A stretch of 64,000 bases of DNA, taken from positions 160,001 to 224,000 of the forward strand of contig CAVUVW010000019.1 in the NCBI GenBank assembly GCA_963745035.1. Direction: 5' to 3'. Positions 52,519 through 63,885 of the stretch are shown here, one piece after another. The notes under the pieces were generated by a model. That model had not been told where the DNA came from and did not search any database. It saw only the letters and a program-made list of their open reading frames with translations. The stretch's first letter is position 1. Every line of letters starts with the position of its first letter. The position numbers were made by a program, and so were the translations under genes. The DNA comes from an uncultured delta proteobacterium. GTDB lineage: Bacteria; Desulfobacterota; Binatia; UBA9968.

Positions 52519-53341
52519 CTAACTCAGCAGAAAATCGGTCAACACCCGATTGAACTCTTCGGTCTCTTCGATCTGCGGCTCGTGGGCGGAGTGCATGAAG
52601 CGATGCACTTTCGAGCCGGGAACAATTTTCTGAAAGTTCACGTCCCAGTCCGGCTGATTGAGCGGGTCGTGCTCGCAGGACATGATGAGCAGCGGAATGG
52701 CCAGCCGCGAAAGCTGCTTGACGAATTCGTCGGTCGTCGATCGAACCTGGTGCGCGGGGCTGCGCAGGCGCGCCGCCGAGAGCGTCTCCCAGGCGCCGGG
52801 GATGATCGAGCACTCGTAGCGCTCGCGGATATTGTCTTCCGTTTGCCACTTGGCATCGTGGTAGAGCAGCGCGACGATTTTTTTCATGTTTTCCAGCGAT
52901 GGCGTGTAGTTTTCCAGATCGGCCTGCGAGGTCGTCTTGAACACGCTGGCGTTGCCGCAGATGGTTACCATCTTTTGAATCTGTAGACGGCGCGGGATTG
53001 CGCACCGCGGCGCGCAGGATCAGACCGCCGCCGGCGGAATTGCCGACGAAGAAAGCACTGCCGATGCCGAGAGTTTCGAGAAATCGTTGCAGGTGCTTGA
53101 TGCGCAGGCCCGCCGGATCGGAGAAACTGTAAACCTTGTCGGTTTCGCCCCAGCCGAGAATATCCGGCGCGACGACATGAAATTGTTCCGCGAGCGCGGC
53201 GATATTGGCGCGCCAGGTGATTTCGGCCGAAGCGCCGTACTCGCCGCCGTGGAGCAGGACCAGATCCGGTCCGCTGCCGGCTTCGAGAAAGTGGGTCTTG
53301 ATATCGCCGGCGACGATCGTGCGATGTTGGTACGATGTCAT
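52519..53341 (-). CDS. Alpha/beta hydrolase, frameshift near 52980
   Basis: LLHGG, APDILGWG, GNSAGG nucleophile elbow, AHEPQIE. Confidence 0.88.
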
Positions 53342-53358
53342 GGAACAACCGTCCTCGA

Positions 53359-54129
53359 TTATAAAAAAGCGACACCGCCGTCGACCGCAACGGTCTGCCC
53401 GGTCATGAAGTCGCTCAGAGGCGAGGCGAGAAATAGCATTGTGCCGACCAAATCCTTGGGCAACTGCACGCGCTTCAAACAGCGATCGCCTACCCGCGCG
53501 CCGCGCATCTTGAGCACTTCCTCGGACGGGTTGTCTTCGGAGAGAGTCGACCCGGGCGCAATCGCGTTGACGTTGATGTTGTCGTCGCCGACTTCGCGCG
53601 CGAGCGTCCGGGTGAAGCCAATGACTCCCGCCTTCGACGTGACGTAATGAATCCGTCCGGCGCTGCCGTTGAGCGCTGTGCCGGATGAGATGTTGATGAT
53701 CTTGCCGGATTTCTGCCGGCGCATCGCCGGCAAGACCGCACGGCAGCAGAAGAACAAACCTTTCAGATTGACCGCCATCATGCGGTCCCACTCGGCCGGG
53801 TCGATGGTGTCGATGCCGCCCCGGTTCATCGGAATGGTCGCGAAAATCGCCGCGTTATTGATCAAGATATCGATGCGACTGAATTTATCGAGGGCGAGCT
53901 TGGCCATGTCCTTGGTCGACGCTTCGTTGGCGACATCAACCTTGGCGGCGAAGGCCTTGCCATCGAACTGCTGCACGATTTCGCCGGCGACTTTCTCCGC
54001 TGCCGGCGCATCGATATCGGCGACCACAACTTTGGCGCCGGCTTCGCCGAAGCCGTGGCAGTAGGCCCGCCCTATGCCATGGCCGCCGCCGGTGACTATG
54101 ACAACTTTATCTTTCAATCCTTCGATCAT
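53359..54129 (-). CDS. Short-chain dehydrogenase/reductase
   Basis: TGGGHGIG, NNAA, YVTSK, TGQTVAVDGG. Confidence 0.93.
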   Translation of the reverse strand: MIEGLKDKVVIVTGGGHGIGRAYCHGFGEAGAKVVVADIDAPAAEKVAGEIVQQFDGKAFAAKVDVANEASTKDMAKLALDKFSRIDILINNAAIFATIPMNRGGIDTIDPAEWDRMMAVNLKGLFFCCRAVLPAMRRQKSGKIINISSGTALNGSAGRIHYVTSKAGVIGFTRTLAREVGDDNINVNAIAPGSTLSEDNPSEEVLKMRGARVGDRCLKRVQLPKDLVGTMLFLASPLSDFMTGQTVAVDGGVAFL

Positions 54130-54246
54130 GATCGCTCCTTCGTTTGATTTGCGGTCAAAATAGCCCTAGAAGTTTTAGGGTGTCAAGGTAAGCGCGCGAG
54201 TCAGGTGGTGAACCCATGTTCACTTGCGCTCAAGGCGGAATCTTTG

Positions 54247-54996
54247 ATGAGAGTAGGATCTCGTTTGCCGATCAATTTCTCCAAGCTCCGGCCGGTCGTA
54301 GCGGTGCTGTTGTGTTGGCTGGCCTGTCTAGCCGGTGGGCCACAACCGGCCCACGCGCAGAGCGAAGAGCCGGACAAATTGCCCATGTTCGGCCAGCCGA
54401 AGATACCGCGACCAGATAATCTCAAGAAGGCCGACGAAGAATTTATTCGCGACAGCACGCTGCGCTTCGGAAACAGGGCGGCGGGCAGCAATGCGCTGGC
54501 GACCCAGGGGTGGACCGCGATCCGCGCCAAGCAGCCCGACGTGGCGATGCAGCGCTTCAATCATGCGTGGTTACTGAACCCAAAAAATTTTCGCGTTTTT
54601 TGGGGCTTCGGCGCGCTTCTGAGCGAGCGCGGAAGATTGAAAGAGGCCTTGGAACACCTGGAGACGGCGCGCGAGTTGGTCGATGATCCGGCGCAGCGCG
54701 TCGCGCTGTTGTGCGATCTCGGCACCGTGCACTCCGAATATGCCGTGCGCCTGCCGGCCGATCGCCAGTTGGAGCGCGCGCAGCATTTTGTTCTGGCCAA
54801 TAGCCGTTTCACCGAAAGCCTGGAGAACGATCCCAAGTATGCGATGAGCTGGCGCGAGTGGGCGATGTCGTTGTATGACCAGGAGCGCTATGGCGAGGCC
54901 TGGGTCAAAGTGAAGCAGGCACGGGAAAGCAATGCCGAGCCGTTTCCTTCGGAATTTCTCAAAAAGCTCTCGGCCAAGATGCCGGAGCCAAAATGA
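54247..54996 (+). CDS. Secreted tetratricopeptide repeat protein
   Basis: Signal peptide; LPMFG, AMQRFNHAWLLNP, TPR-like helices. Confidence 0.78.
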   Translation: MRVGSRLPINFSKLRPVVAVLLCWLACLAGGPQPAHAQSEEPDKLPMFGQPKIPRPDNLKKADEEFIRDSTLRFGNRAAGSNALATQGWTAIRAKQPDVAMQRFNHAWLLNPKNFRVFWGFGALLSERGRLKEALEHLETARELVDDPAQRVALLCDLGTVHSEYAVRLPADRQLERAQHFVLANSRFTESLENDPKYAMSWREWAMSLYDQERYGEAWVKVKQARESNAEPFPSEFLKKLSAKMPEPK

Positions 54997-55159
54997 GCGT
55001 TCTATTTTTCTTGCCGATTCATGACGGCGCAGCTTGAAACCGGATCACTCCCTGTTGAGAATGCGGACTCTCAAGACCGTCAGATTATTTGGCTCGGTCC
55101 AGATCCAGTTGGAGGCCGTGACGCATAACGCTTGCGCCGTCCGACGATAACTCTTCGAG

Positions 55160-55981
55160 TTGATTCTCTTGACTGTCGCGACGCTACGCCAAAATTCCAT
55201 CGAGCCGGACGAAAGACAATCGCCCGATGAGTGGCTCACGGTCTGGGCGGGCATGTTGCCGATTATCCTTTCGGCGCCGCATGGCGGGCGTGACACGATT
55301 CCCGGAGTGGCGGAGCGCCGCGGCATCGGCGTGGCGCAGTTCACCGTCGAGCGTGACAGCAATACCGCTGAGCTGGCGGAAAGTCTGGCCGCCCGGATCG
55401 CCGAGCGCCTGGGCGCCAAGCCGTTTCTCGTCGTCGCTCGCTTCGAACGAAAATACGCGGATGCCAATCGCGCCGAAGGCGCCGCCTTCGAATCCGCGGA
55501 GGCGAAATCTTATTACGATGCCTATCATCGGGCGATGGCTGGCGCGGTTGCGAAGGTTCGGCAAACCTGGAGCGGCGGTTTGCTGCTCGATATTCACGGA
55601 CAGCGAGCGGAAGCCGGTACGATTTTCCGCGGCACTGACAACCGCAAAAGCGTTGCCGCGCTCGAGCGACGATTCGGCACGGAAGCGCTCATCGGAACAA
55701 AGAGTATCTTGGGACAGATGGCGCTGAAAGGCTACAGAGTCGAGCCCGGCGCCGACCATTCGGAACGGCGCTACACCGGTGGCTACACGACGAGGATGTA
55801 TGGCAGCCACCGCGACGACGGCGTCGATGCGATCCAGCTCGAATTCGGCGCCGGCTTGCGCGCAAGGAGAAATATCGAACGCACGGCCGGAGATCTCGCG
55901 CATGGCATCGAGATTTTTTCCCGGAATTATCTGCCGCTCGCCAAAGGTTTCACCAGCGAAACGGCGGCCATGCAGCCTTGA
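55160..55981 (+). CDS. N-formylglutamate amidohydrolase-like protein; start uncertain
   Basis: ILSAPHGG, RKYADANR, LLDIHG, YTGGYT, AIQLE. Confidence 0.8.
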   Translation: MILLTVATLRQNSIEPDERQSPDEWLTVWAGMLPIILSAPHGGRDTIPGVAERRGIGVAQFTVERDSNTAELAESLAARIAERLGAKPFLVVARFERKYADANRAEGAAFESAEAKSYYDAYHRAMAGAVAKVRQTWSGGLLLDIHGQRAEAGTIFRGTDNRKSVAALERRFGTEALIGTKSILGQMALKGYRVEPGADHSERRYTGGYTTRMYGSHRDDGVDAIQLEFGAGLRARRNIERTAGDLAHGIEIFSRNYLPLAKGFTSETAAMQP

Positions 55982-56133
55982 CACCGAGGCGGCAAACCTC
56001 GCATTGATATTTTCGCTTACGTCGATGCTCGCGGCGCGGCTCAGGCCGGCTTGTCAGCAGGGCTGGTCTGGAATTACCGCGCGATCCCAGCCAGAATAGC
56101 TGCTCCAGTATTCGGTCGTTTGAGGTGGAAGCC

Positions 56134-57218
56134 ATGTCTGAAAACTCAGTATTCGACTCGGCCAAAGCCAACGCCTTTGCCGAGCGCTTGTTGGGCACGC
56201 TCAACCACGGCGCGCTTTGCTTGATGATCTCGGTCGGCCATCGCACCGGTTTGTTCGATGCGATGCGGCAGATGGCGCCGGCGACGTCGGCGGAGATCGC
56301 CGCGAAAGCAGCGCTCAACGAGCGCTACGTGCGCGAGTGGCTGGGCGCGATGGTTACCGGCCGGGTGATCGATGTCGATTCGGCTACCGGACGATTTGCC
56401 TTGCCGAAGGAGCACGCGGCGTTTCTTTCCCGGCCCGCGGGCGCGGATAATCTAGCCGTGTTCGCCCAGTACATTCCGCTTCTCGGAAGCGTCGAAGACG
56501 AGATCGTGGAGTGTTTCAAAAAAGGCGGCGGCGTTCCTTATGCGAAGTTTCCACGCTTCCACGACGTCATGGCGGAGGACAGCGGCCAATCGGTGTTGTC
56601 GTCGTTGGAAACGCACATCATCCCTTTGGTGCCGGGTTTGGCCGAACGTTTCGACGTCGGGATCCAGATGCTCGACGTCGGCTGCGGCCGCGGGCGGATT
56701 ATCAACCGGCTGGCCGAGCTTTATCCGAAGAGCCGTTTCACCGGCATCGACCTATCGAGCGAAGCGATTCTTTCGGCGTGGGAAGAAGCTGCAGAAAAGA
56801 AATTGCGCAACGTTGAATTTATCGTCGTCCGACTTGAGCCGTTTCGACGAGAACGCGGAATTCGAGGCCTTCGATTTCGTCACTACCTTTGACGCCGTTC
56901 ATGACCAGGCCAAACCCCTCAACGTGCTACGCGGGATTCACCGCACGCTCCGGCCCACCGGCGTTTATCTGATGCAGGACATCAAAGGGTCAAGTCATGT
57001 TCACAAAAACCTGGATCATCCGCTCGGTCCATTTCTGTATACGGTTTCGTGCATGCATTGTATGACGGTGTCGCTGGCGCAGAACGGAGAAGGGCTGGGG
57101 GCGATGTGGGGCGAGGAAAAAACGCGGGAGTATCTCGAGAAAGCGGGTTTCCGATCAGTGGAAAAAAATGAGCTGGCTCACGATATTCAAAACAACTGGT
57201 ACGTCGTTACGAAAATAG
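56134..57218 (+). CDS. Class I SAM-dependent methyltransferase with N-terminal winged helix, frameshift near 56830
   Basis: [45 protein letters not shown]. Confidence 0.88.
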
Positions 57219-57230
57219 GTAGGTTGAAGA

Positions 57231-57302
57231 ATTGGAGTGTTGGAGTAATGGAGTATTGGGTTAACGTCCATCACTCCATACTCCAGTACTCCATCACTCC
57301 AG
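57231..57302. repeat. TGGAGT/ACTCCA octamer inverted repeat element
   Basis: TGGAGT x3 then ACTCCA x4. Confidence 0.78.
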
Positions 57303-57308
57303 TCTGTT

Positions 57309-58141
57309 CTACGCGTCGATGGTTTGCCCGCCGTCGACCACCAGCGCGTGGCCGGTGACGAACGAAGCTTCCTCGGAAACTAAAAACAAAACGCCATAAG
57401 CGATCTCTTCCGGACGTCCCATGCGCAGCAGCGCTTTGTTGCTGCGCGCCCATGGTTTTTCTCTGTTCCTCGGTCATGCCTTCGCCGAGCGTCGGTCTGG
57501 GCGGGAAGCCGCGGAAGCGCGGCGTCTCGATGGCGCCGGGGCAGACGCAGTTGATTCGGATTCCCAGCGGGCCGTAGTCGAGCGCCATCTCGCGCGTCAG
57601 ATTGATGATCGCCGCCTTGGTGGCGCAGTAGCCCGGATACTCCGGGCGACGCCAGCAAGCCGAAGGTCGACGCGGTCGTCACCACGTTACCGCTCTTCTG
57701 CTTGATGAAGTGCGGCATCACCGCGCGCGCGCCGCGAAACATCGCGTTCAAATTGGTATTCAAGACAAAGTTCCATTCCTCGTCGGTGTGTTCGTGGATT
57801 TTTTTCCGAATACCGGCGCCGGCGTTGTTGTAAAGAATATCGACGCGACCGAACTGATCGACCGCGCTCTTCACCGCATTGTCCAGGTCTTCCTGCTTTG
57901 TGACGTCGCACTGAAGGAACAGCGCTTCGCCGCCTTCCTTGTCCTTGATCAGTTGGTCGATGCGCGGCGAGATGGTTTCCTGAATGTCGCAGCAGACGAC
58001 CTTCGCGCCTTCACGCCCGAACAATCGCGCCGTCGCGCGGCCGATGCCGCTGTTCGCTCCGGTGATGATCGCCACTTTGCCTTTGAGTCTTCCCAGTCCA
58101 GGCCGCAGTAGAGCGTGTTCGTCTGTCAGAATTTCAGCCAT
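57309..58141 (-). CDS. Short-chain dehydrogenase/reductase, two frameshifts
   Basis: [36 protein letters not shown]. Confidence 0.87.
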
Positions 58142-58224
58142 GAATTTGCCTCCTGGCACTTGCGTGTGAAGTTCTACGTTTCCTTAGCGCAGCCAGGCGA
58201 GGAATTTCAACTGGCGCGGCAAGA

Positions 58225-58306
58225 TTGGAGTATTGGAGTAGTGGAGTGCTGGAGTGATGGGTTTTCGGAAGCCCAAAACTCCAGGACTCCATACTCCAAC
58301 ACTCCA
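58225..58306. repeat. TGGAGT/ACTCCA octamer inverted repeat element
   Basis: TGGAGT x4 then ACTCCA x4. Confidence 0.78.
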
Positions 58307-58312
58307 GGATGG

Positions 58313-59299
58313 TTACTTCTTGTACAGCTGCTTGATCAATCCCGAGGCTTCGATCTCCTTGACCAGGCTCAAATCCACAAACGTTTTCGGGTCGGCGCTT
58401 GCGGCTTTGGGGTTTTTCGCCAGGTCATCGAGCATGGTCTTCACGCCGTCCGCCGTCGGATAGGGTACTTCGGGGAAGACGTTGGAATAGTCTTTGTACG
58501 CGCGTTCCAGTCCTTCGGGATCGGACACGCCCAGGTTTTTCTTGAATAGCCCTTTGGCGTATTCCTTTTCGGTTTTGATGATATGAATGGCCTGGACCAT
58601 CGCGCGGGTGAGTTTTAGCATTAGCGGTCTTTTGGCTTTGATGATCGCTTCGCGGCTCAGGATGCCGTTCCACCAAAAAGGAATTTTCAGATCGGTGATG
58701 TTGTAAAGATTGCGGAAGCCGAGTTTTTCCGCCTGAGTCAAGAAGGGCTCCGGAATGATCGTGAACTGCGTTATGCCTTTTGACAGCGCCGCGAATCTTT
58801 CCGCGGTGCCGCCGGTGGGGATGATTTTTACGTCCTTGTCCGGGTCAACGCCAAGTTTTCTCAGTGCCAACCGGAGCCCTAGATCAGATGTGCTGCCCAG
58901 ACGATTGACTCCGGCGGTTTTGCCTTTGAGTTGCTCGACCGCGGTGATGTTGGACAATGACACAATATGATCGACGAAAGTCGGCACGACGCCGACGATC
59001 ATCACGGTGTCCGCGCCCTGCAGGCGCGAGCTGGTGAGCGTCGTCACCGAGATGCTCGCGGCGTCGATTTCGTTGGCTAAAAGCGCCTGCAGAACCGTTG
59101 GGCTCGCGCTGATGGCGATGATCTCCGGCTCGACGCCCTGTTTCTGCAGAAGCTTTCGATCTTCCATCACCCAGATCGGGCTGTTGGTCGGGCTGAAGCC
59201 GGCCCAGGCAAGCCTGAGTCTTTCCTGTGCGATTGCCGGCGAGCTCGCGATCGCCATGACAACGAGCGCGAGGAATGAAAAGGTCCATCGCTTCCGCAT
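58313..59299 (-). CDS. ABC substrate-binding protein (SsuA/THI5-like)
   Basis: Signal peptide, QLKGKTAGVNRLGSTSD, PYPT. Confidence 0.9.
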   Translation of the reverse strand: MRKRWTFSFLALVVMAIASSPAIAQERLRLAWAGFSPTNSPIWVMEDRKLLQKQGVEPEIIAISASPTVLQALLANEIDAASISVTTLTSSRLQGADTVMIVGVVPTFVDHIVSLSNITAVEQLKGKTAGVNRLGSTSDLGLRLALRKLGVDPDKDVKIIPTGGTAERFAALSKGITQFTIIPEPFLTQAEKLGFRNLYNITDLKIPFWWNGILSREAIIKAKRPLMLKLTRAMVQAIHIIKTEKEYAKGLFKKNLGVSDPEGLERAYKDYSNVFPEVPYPTADGVKTMLDDLAKNPKAASADPKTFVDLSLVKEIEASGLIKQLYKK

Positions 59300-59568
59300 G
59301 ATCTCTTACCTCCAAGCCACGATCTATTGCGCGCAGGGTGACATATTGCTCCAAAAAAGAGTTGGGTCAAGACACCGGCTAGATAAGGCCGCAGTAAACA
59401 TTCAATCGCTGTCGCTGGTCTTTCGTTGCTTGGTTCGTCACTGTTGCAGGCAAGCACCGGGATTCCCGGCGAATCGCCGTTACCTTGCTGATGAATTTCG
59501 CTGTCGCTACGTTGACTCAATGTACCATTTGGTATACTAGAGGCACGTCTCAAAGGACGGACTTCATC

Positions 59569-60540
59569 ATGGCTAAGAAGGGGATACTCGTCACCGGCGG
59601 CACCGGACTGGTGGGCGCTTACGCGGTGGGTATGCTGCTCGATCGCGGCGAGCGGCCTGTGGTTTTCGACGTGGCGCTCAACGAGCGGCTGTTAAGCGCC
59701 GTCGGCGTCGATCCCGCCAAGGTCACCCTGATTCGCGGCGATATGATGGATTTACCGGCGCTCATCTCAGCCATTCGCGACAACGACTGTGATCGCATCA
59801 TTCACTTGGCGGCTTTTCTGGGCGAAGAAGTCCAGCGCCGGCCGTACAGCGGCGTGCGCTTGAATTTCATGGGCACGATCAACGTCTTCGAGGCCGCCAG
59901 ATTAGAAAAAATCGCGCGGGTGATTTTCCCCAGCTCCGGAACCGTGTATCTAGGCTCGCTCGGCGAAGGACTTGGCAAGATCGACGAGTCCATTCCGATG
60001 AATCCGCCGTCGGTTTACGCCGCCACCAAGGCGAGCTGCGAGTTCATGGGCCGCGCCTACGCCAAGCGATACGGCTTTGAATTTATTTGTCTGCGCTACA
60101 CCGGCGGTCTCTACGGGCCTTCGCCGGCGGCGCTCAAGGCCACGCGCGAGATCGCCATCCAGCAAATGATCCGCGCAGCCGTAAAAGGCGAATCGGCAAA
60201 AATCGGTTGGCCCTACGGACCGGCAGAGATTCTCTACGGCAAAGACGCGGCCAAGGGGACGGTCTTGGCCGTGTTGAAAGACAAGTTCAAAGACAGCCTC
60301 TTTCACATCGGCAACGGCAATACCCTGAGCGGCGATGATATCGTCGCCGCGGTGCGAAAAGTGTTCCCAGGATCGAATATCGAGCTGATCAAGGGAAACA
60401 ACCCGATGCCGTACCCCGAATCCCGCCTGGCCAGCGATTTCTCCCGGGCCAAAGACCAGCTCGATTATGAGCCTGAATATACCATCGAAAAAGCGGTCGC
60501 GGACTACGGCGCGACGTTAAAAAGGCTCGAGAATATTTGA
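59569..60540 (+). CDS. NAD-dependent epimerase/dehydratase (extended SDR)
   Basis: VTGGTGLVG, IIHLAA, YAATK. Confidence 0.9.
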   Translation: MAKKGILVTGGTGLVGAYAVGMLLDRGERPVVFDVALNERLLSAVGVDPAKVTLIRGDMMDLPALISAIRDNDCDRIIHLAAFLGEEVQRRPYSGVRLNFMGTINVFEAARLEKIARVIFPSSGTVYLGSLGEGLGKIDESIPMNPPSVYAATKASCEFMGRAYAKRYGFEFICLRYTGGLYGPSPAALKATREIAIQQMIRAAVKGESAKIGWPYGPAEILYGKDAAKGTVLAVLKDKFKDSLFHIGNGNTLSGDDIVAAVRKVFPGSNIELIKGNNPMPYPESRLASDFSRAKDQLDYEPEYTIEKAVADYGATLKRLENI

Positions 60541-60658
60541 AGCTCGGCAAATTGAGCGCTGAAGTTTCCATCCATGCGATTCGTCTAATGAATGGCGTGG
60601 CCGGTCCACGACGCCGGCGAAGACTCCAGGCGGTAGAAAAGGGGGCTGCAAGCTCGTT

Positions 60659-61736
60659 ATGAGACTCAAATCACTCTTTGTTGCCGGCTTCTTTGCCCTG
60701 TGGGTTCTGCCCGGCGCTGCATTCGCCGCTCAAGCGACCAAACCGGCATTCGACGAGAAGGCGGTTGCCACTTTCTATCAGGGCAAGACCGTGCGCATCG
60801 TCGTCGGCTTCTCGGCCGGCGGCGGCTACGATCAGTACTCCCGCATGATCGCGCGCCATCTCTCCAAATACATTCCCGGCAATCCGTCGGTGATCGTCGA
60901 CAACATGCCCGGGGTCGGCAGCATCATCGCGGCGAACCATGTGTTCAACGCCGCGCCGAAGGACGGCACCATCGTCGGCAATATTTCCGGACCCATCGTA
61001 CTCGAGCAACTGTTCGGCGCGCCGTCGGTGCAGTTCGACATGACGAAGTTTCGTTATCTGGCAGTGCCGGTCAGTGAAAGTTATATGATGATCGTCCACA
61101 AGCGGACCGGCGTCACCAAGTTAGATGATCTGCGCGGTGAAAAAGCCAAACAAGTGAGCATGGGCGCGATTCCGGGTTCGACGGTAGAACACGCGCCGAT
61201 CCTGGTTAAGGAAGCCCTTAATCTGAATCTCAAGGTCGTTTCCGGCTACAAAGGCACGGCGGATGTCAGGCTCGCTCTCGATAGCGGCGAGGTCGATGGT
61301 TTCTTCAACACTTGGGTATCATCGAAAATAACGTCTTACGACAAGATCAAAAGCGGTGAATGGGTTTTGCTGGCGCAGATGACCGAGAAGCCGATGAAGG
61401 ATCTCATCATACCCAACGTGCCGACGATTCAGATGATCGCTCGCTCTGAAGAGCAGCGCCTATTGCTGAAGCATGGCACCAGCACTCCGAATGATTTCGG
61501 CAAAGTTTATGTGTTGCCGCCGGGCTGTTCCTGCTGATCGCAGCCAGGCTCTGGAAACCGCGTTTGCCCGTGTCTTCAACGATAAAGAGCTGCGCGCCGA
61601 CGCGGAGAAGGGGAAGTTGGAAATCGATCCGCTGATCGGCAATTCCATACAGAAACTGGTGGTCGAGTTCTTAGGCATGCCGGTAGACTTGAAAAACAAG
61701 CTCCAGACGGTGCTCAAGCCGCCGGCAAAGAAATAG
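60659..61736 (+). CDS. Bug/TctC substrate-binding protein, frameshift near 61530
   Basis: VGFSAGGGYDQYSR, IPGNP, NMPG, GYKGTAD; tail in ORF 61473..61736. Confidence 0.88.
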
Positions 61737-61776
61737 CCCGGTATGCGATGTACGCTTACTTAATAAGGAGGATTTT

Positions 61777-62793
61777 ATGCAGAAAACGGTAATGGGACTG
61801 CTCGCCGGCATCGGCGCGCTGCTTTTGCAGCTCGCAGCGTCGCCGGTTTTGGCTCAGACCGAAAGCATCGAAGAGCTCTATAAAAAGGCGCTCAAAGAGT
61901 CGGGCGTACTGAACTGCTACTGCTCGCTTGCTCAGATCAATGCGGAGAAGATCTATCCGGTGTTCGAAAAGCGTTTCCCGGGCATTAAGATCAATCACGT
62001 CGATGCCACTTCTGACAAGTTATCCGCCCGTGCTATCACGGAAGCCCGCGGTGGCAAAACACTCGCCGACGTTGTCGAGTTCGGCCTGGAAGACATCAAC
62101 AAGATTCACGAGCAGGGGCTGATCCTCGACAAGGCGCCGCCGGAAGCCGCCGCTTACCCGGCGAATTTAAAAGGTTCGTATTGGACGGCAAACAATCTGA
62201 TCTTCTTCGTCGGCGCTTGGAATACCGACAAGGTCAAGAAAGAGGAGGAGCCGAAGTTTCTCGACGATTTCGGCGACCCGCGCTGGAAGGGGCGCCTGAT
62301 TGCCGAACCGAGGGATTACGAGATCCTGGTTGCGCTCACCCATAAGCACAAGAGCCTGGAGAAAGCGCGGGCGGTGCTTGCCCGGATCGCGGCGAACAAC
62401 GTCGAATTCCACAAAGGCCATTCGCAGCTCGCCGAGCTTTTGGTCGCTGGGCAGGCGGCAGCCTGCTTCACCTGTTACTCGCACCATTACCCCTCGCGCA
62501 AGCGCAAAGGCGCACCCGTGGACTACATGTTGAGCGAAGGCGCCGCGGGAATCATCGCGGTGGCCGTCATGAAAAATGCCCCCAATCCGAATACTGCCTG
62601 GCTCTTTAACCGCTGGGCGGCTTCGGAGGAAGGGCAGGCGGTCTATTCCAAAGGCGGCAGAACACCGGCCCATCCAAAGGTGGAGCTGACCGAGAAGATT
62701 CGGCCTGCGGTCATTTATCCCGTCGGTGTGGAAGACCTGAAGCAGTACACCAAATACGAAAAAGCCTGGAAAGAAGTATTCAAGCTCAGATAG
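61777..62793 (+). CDS. Extracellular solute-binding protein (FbpA/AfuA-like)
   Basis: EELYKKALKE, FEKRFPGIK, DPRWKG, ASEEGQ. Confidence 0.88.
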   Translation: MQKTVMGLLAGIGALLLQLAASPVLAQTESIEELYKKALKESGVLNCYCSLAQINAEKIYPVFEKRFPGIKINHVDATSDKLSARAITEARGGKTLADVVEFGLEDINKIHEQGLILDKAPPEAAAYPANLKGSYWTANNLIFFVGAWNTDKVKKEEEPKFLDDFGDPRWKGRLIAEPRDYEILVALTHKHKSLEKARAVLARIAANNVEFHKGHSQLAELLVAGQAAACFTCYSHHYPSRKRKGAPVDYMLSEGAAGIIAVAVMKNAPNPNTAWLFNRWAASEEGQAVYSKGGRTPAHPKVELTEKIRPAVIYPVGVEDLKQYTKYEKAWKEVFKLR

Positions 62794-62839
62794 ACGGAGT
62801 AACCCGACAACATCAAAGAAAGTTATATTGGGAGGCCTT

Positions 62840-63856
62840 ATGTTTGGCATATCCTCATTTACGATCGGAAGTTTCGTGTCGGGCGTCTTGCTTCTTGCGG
62901 CGGTTTCGACGGCAGGCGCTCAGAGCTTGGAGGAACTGCACAAAGCGGCGATCAAAGAAGGCGGGACAGTCAATTTCTACGGCACTCTGGCGCAAATCAA
63001 CGCGGAAAGAATTCTTCCCGTATTTGAGAAACGCTTTCCCGGCATGAAAGTCAATCACGTCGATGCCACCGCCGACAAGCTCGCCGCCAGAGCGATCACC
63101 GAAGCGCGCGGTGGCCGAGTGTTGGCCGACGTTTTTCAGATGGCGCTTGAAAACGTCTTGCAGGTGATCGATCAGAAGCTGACTGTCGACTGGCTTCCGT
63201 CTGAGGCGGCTGCCTATCCAGCGAATTTTAAAGGGCCAAATTGGCTGGCTGCTGACATGGTGATCATCACCGCGGCGTGGAATACCAGCCAAGTGAAGAA
63301 GGAAGATGAGCCTAAGCAGTTCGATGACTTCGCCGATCCCAAGTGGAAAGGGAAAATGATCGCGGAGGGCAGGGACGTTGAATTGTTGATCGGCCTGGCT
63401 CGCCACAAATACAAGAACGACGAAAAGGCATTTGACTTTATACGCAAGCTCGCGGCGAATAACGTCGAATTCCATAAGGGCCATTCCGAGCTCGCGGAAT
63501 TTCTGGTCGCGGGCCAGGCGGCCGCATGCATAACCTGTTATGCGCATCACTATCCGCCGCGGATCAAAAAGGGTGCTCCGCTTGGATACATGCTCAGCGA
63601 AGGTATTGCGACGATCACGGCGAACGCTCTGGCCAAAGACGCTCCGCATCCCAACGCGGCGCGGCTGTTTTATCGCTGGTCCGCCAGTGAGGAAGGCCAA
63701 AAAGCTTATGCAGAGGGAGGCCGCTTGCCGCCGCATCCAAAGGTCGAGCCCAGGGAGAAAATCCGCCCGGCGGTGCTCTATCCAATCGGTACGGAAGAGA
63801 TTAAGGAATGGAAAAAGTACGAAAAGATCTGGAAGGAGATTTTTAAACTGCGTTAG
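62840..63856 (+). CDS. Extracellular solute-binding protein, tandem paralog
   Basis: EELHKAAIKEGG, FEKRFPGMK, NNVEFHKGHS shared with the previous gene. Confidence 0.88.
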   Translation: MFGISSFTIGSFVSGVLLLAAVSTAGAQSLEELHKAAIKEGGTVNFYGTLAQINAERILPVFEKRFPGMKVNHVDATADKLAARAITEARGGRVLADVFQMALENVLQVIDQKLTVDWLPSEAAAYPANFKGPNWLAADMVIITAAWNTSQVKKEDEPKQFDDFADPKWKGKMIAEGRDVELLIGLARHKYKNDEKAFDFIRKLAANNVEFHKGHSELAEFLVAGQAAACITCYAHHYPPRIKKGAPLGYMLSEGIATITANALAKDAPHPNAARLFYRWSASEEGQKAYAEGGRLPPHPKVEPREKIRPAVLYPIGTEEIKEWKKYEKIWKEIFKLR

Positions 63857-63885
63857 CGGATATTCGGTTTAAGTACGGAGTTCCT

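Noticed and set aside
571-61736. About 25 frameshifted genes as programmed frameshifting or mass pseudogenisation
   Set aside because: Single-base indels are scattered evenly, with no slippery motifs and no accumulation of in-frame stops; uncorrected long-read error is the simplest explanation
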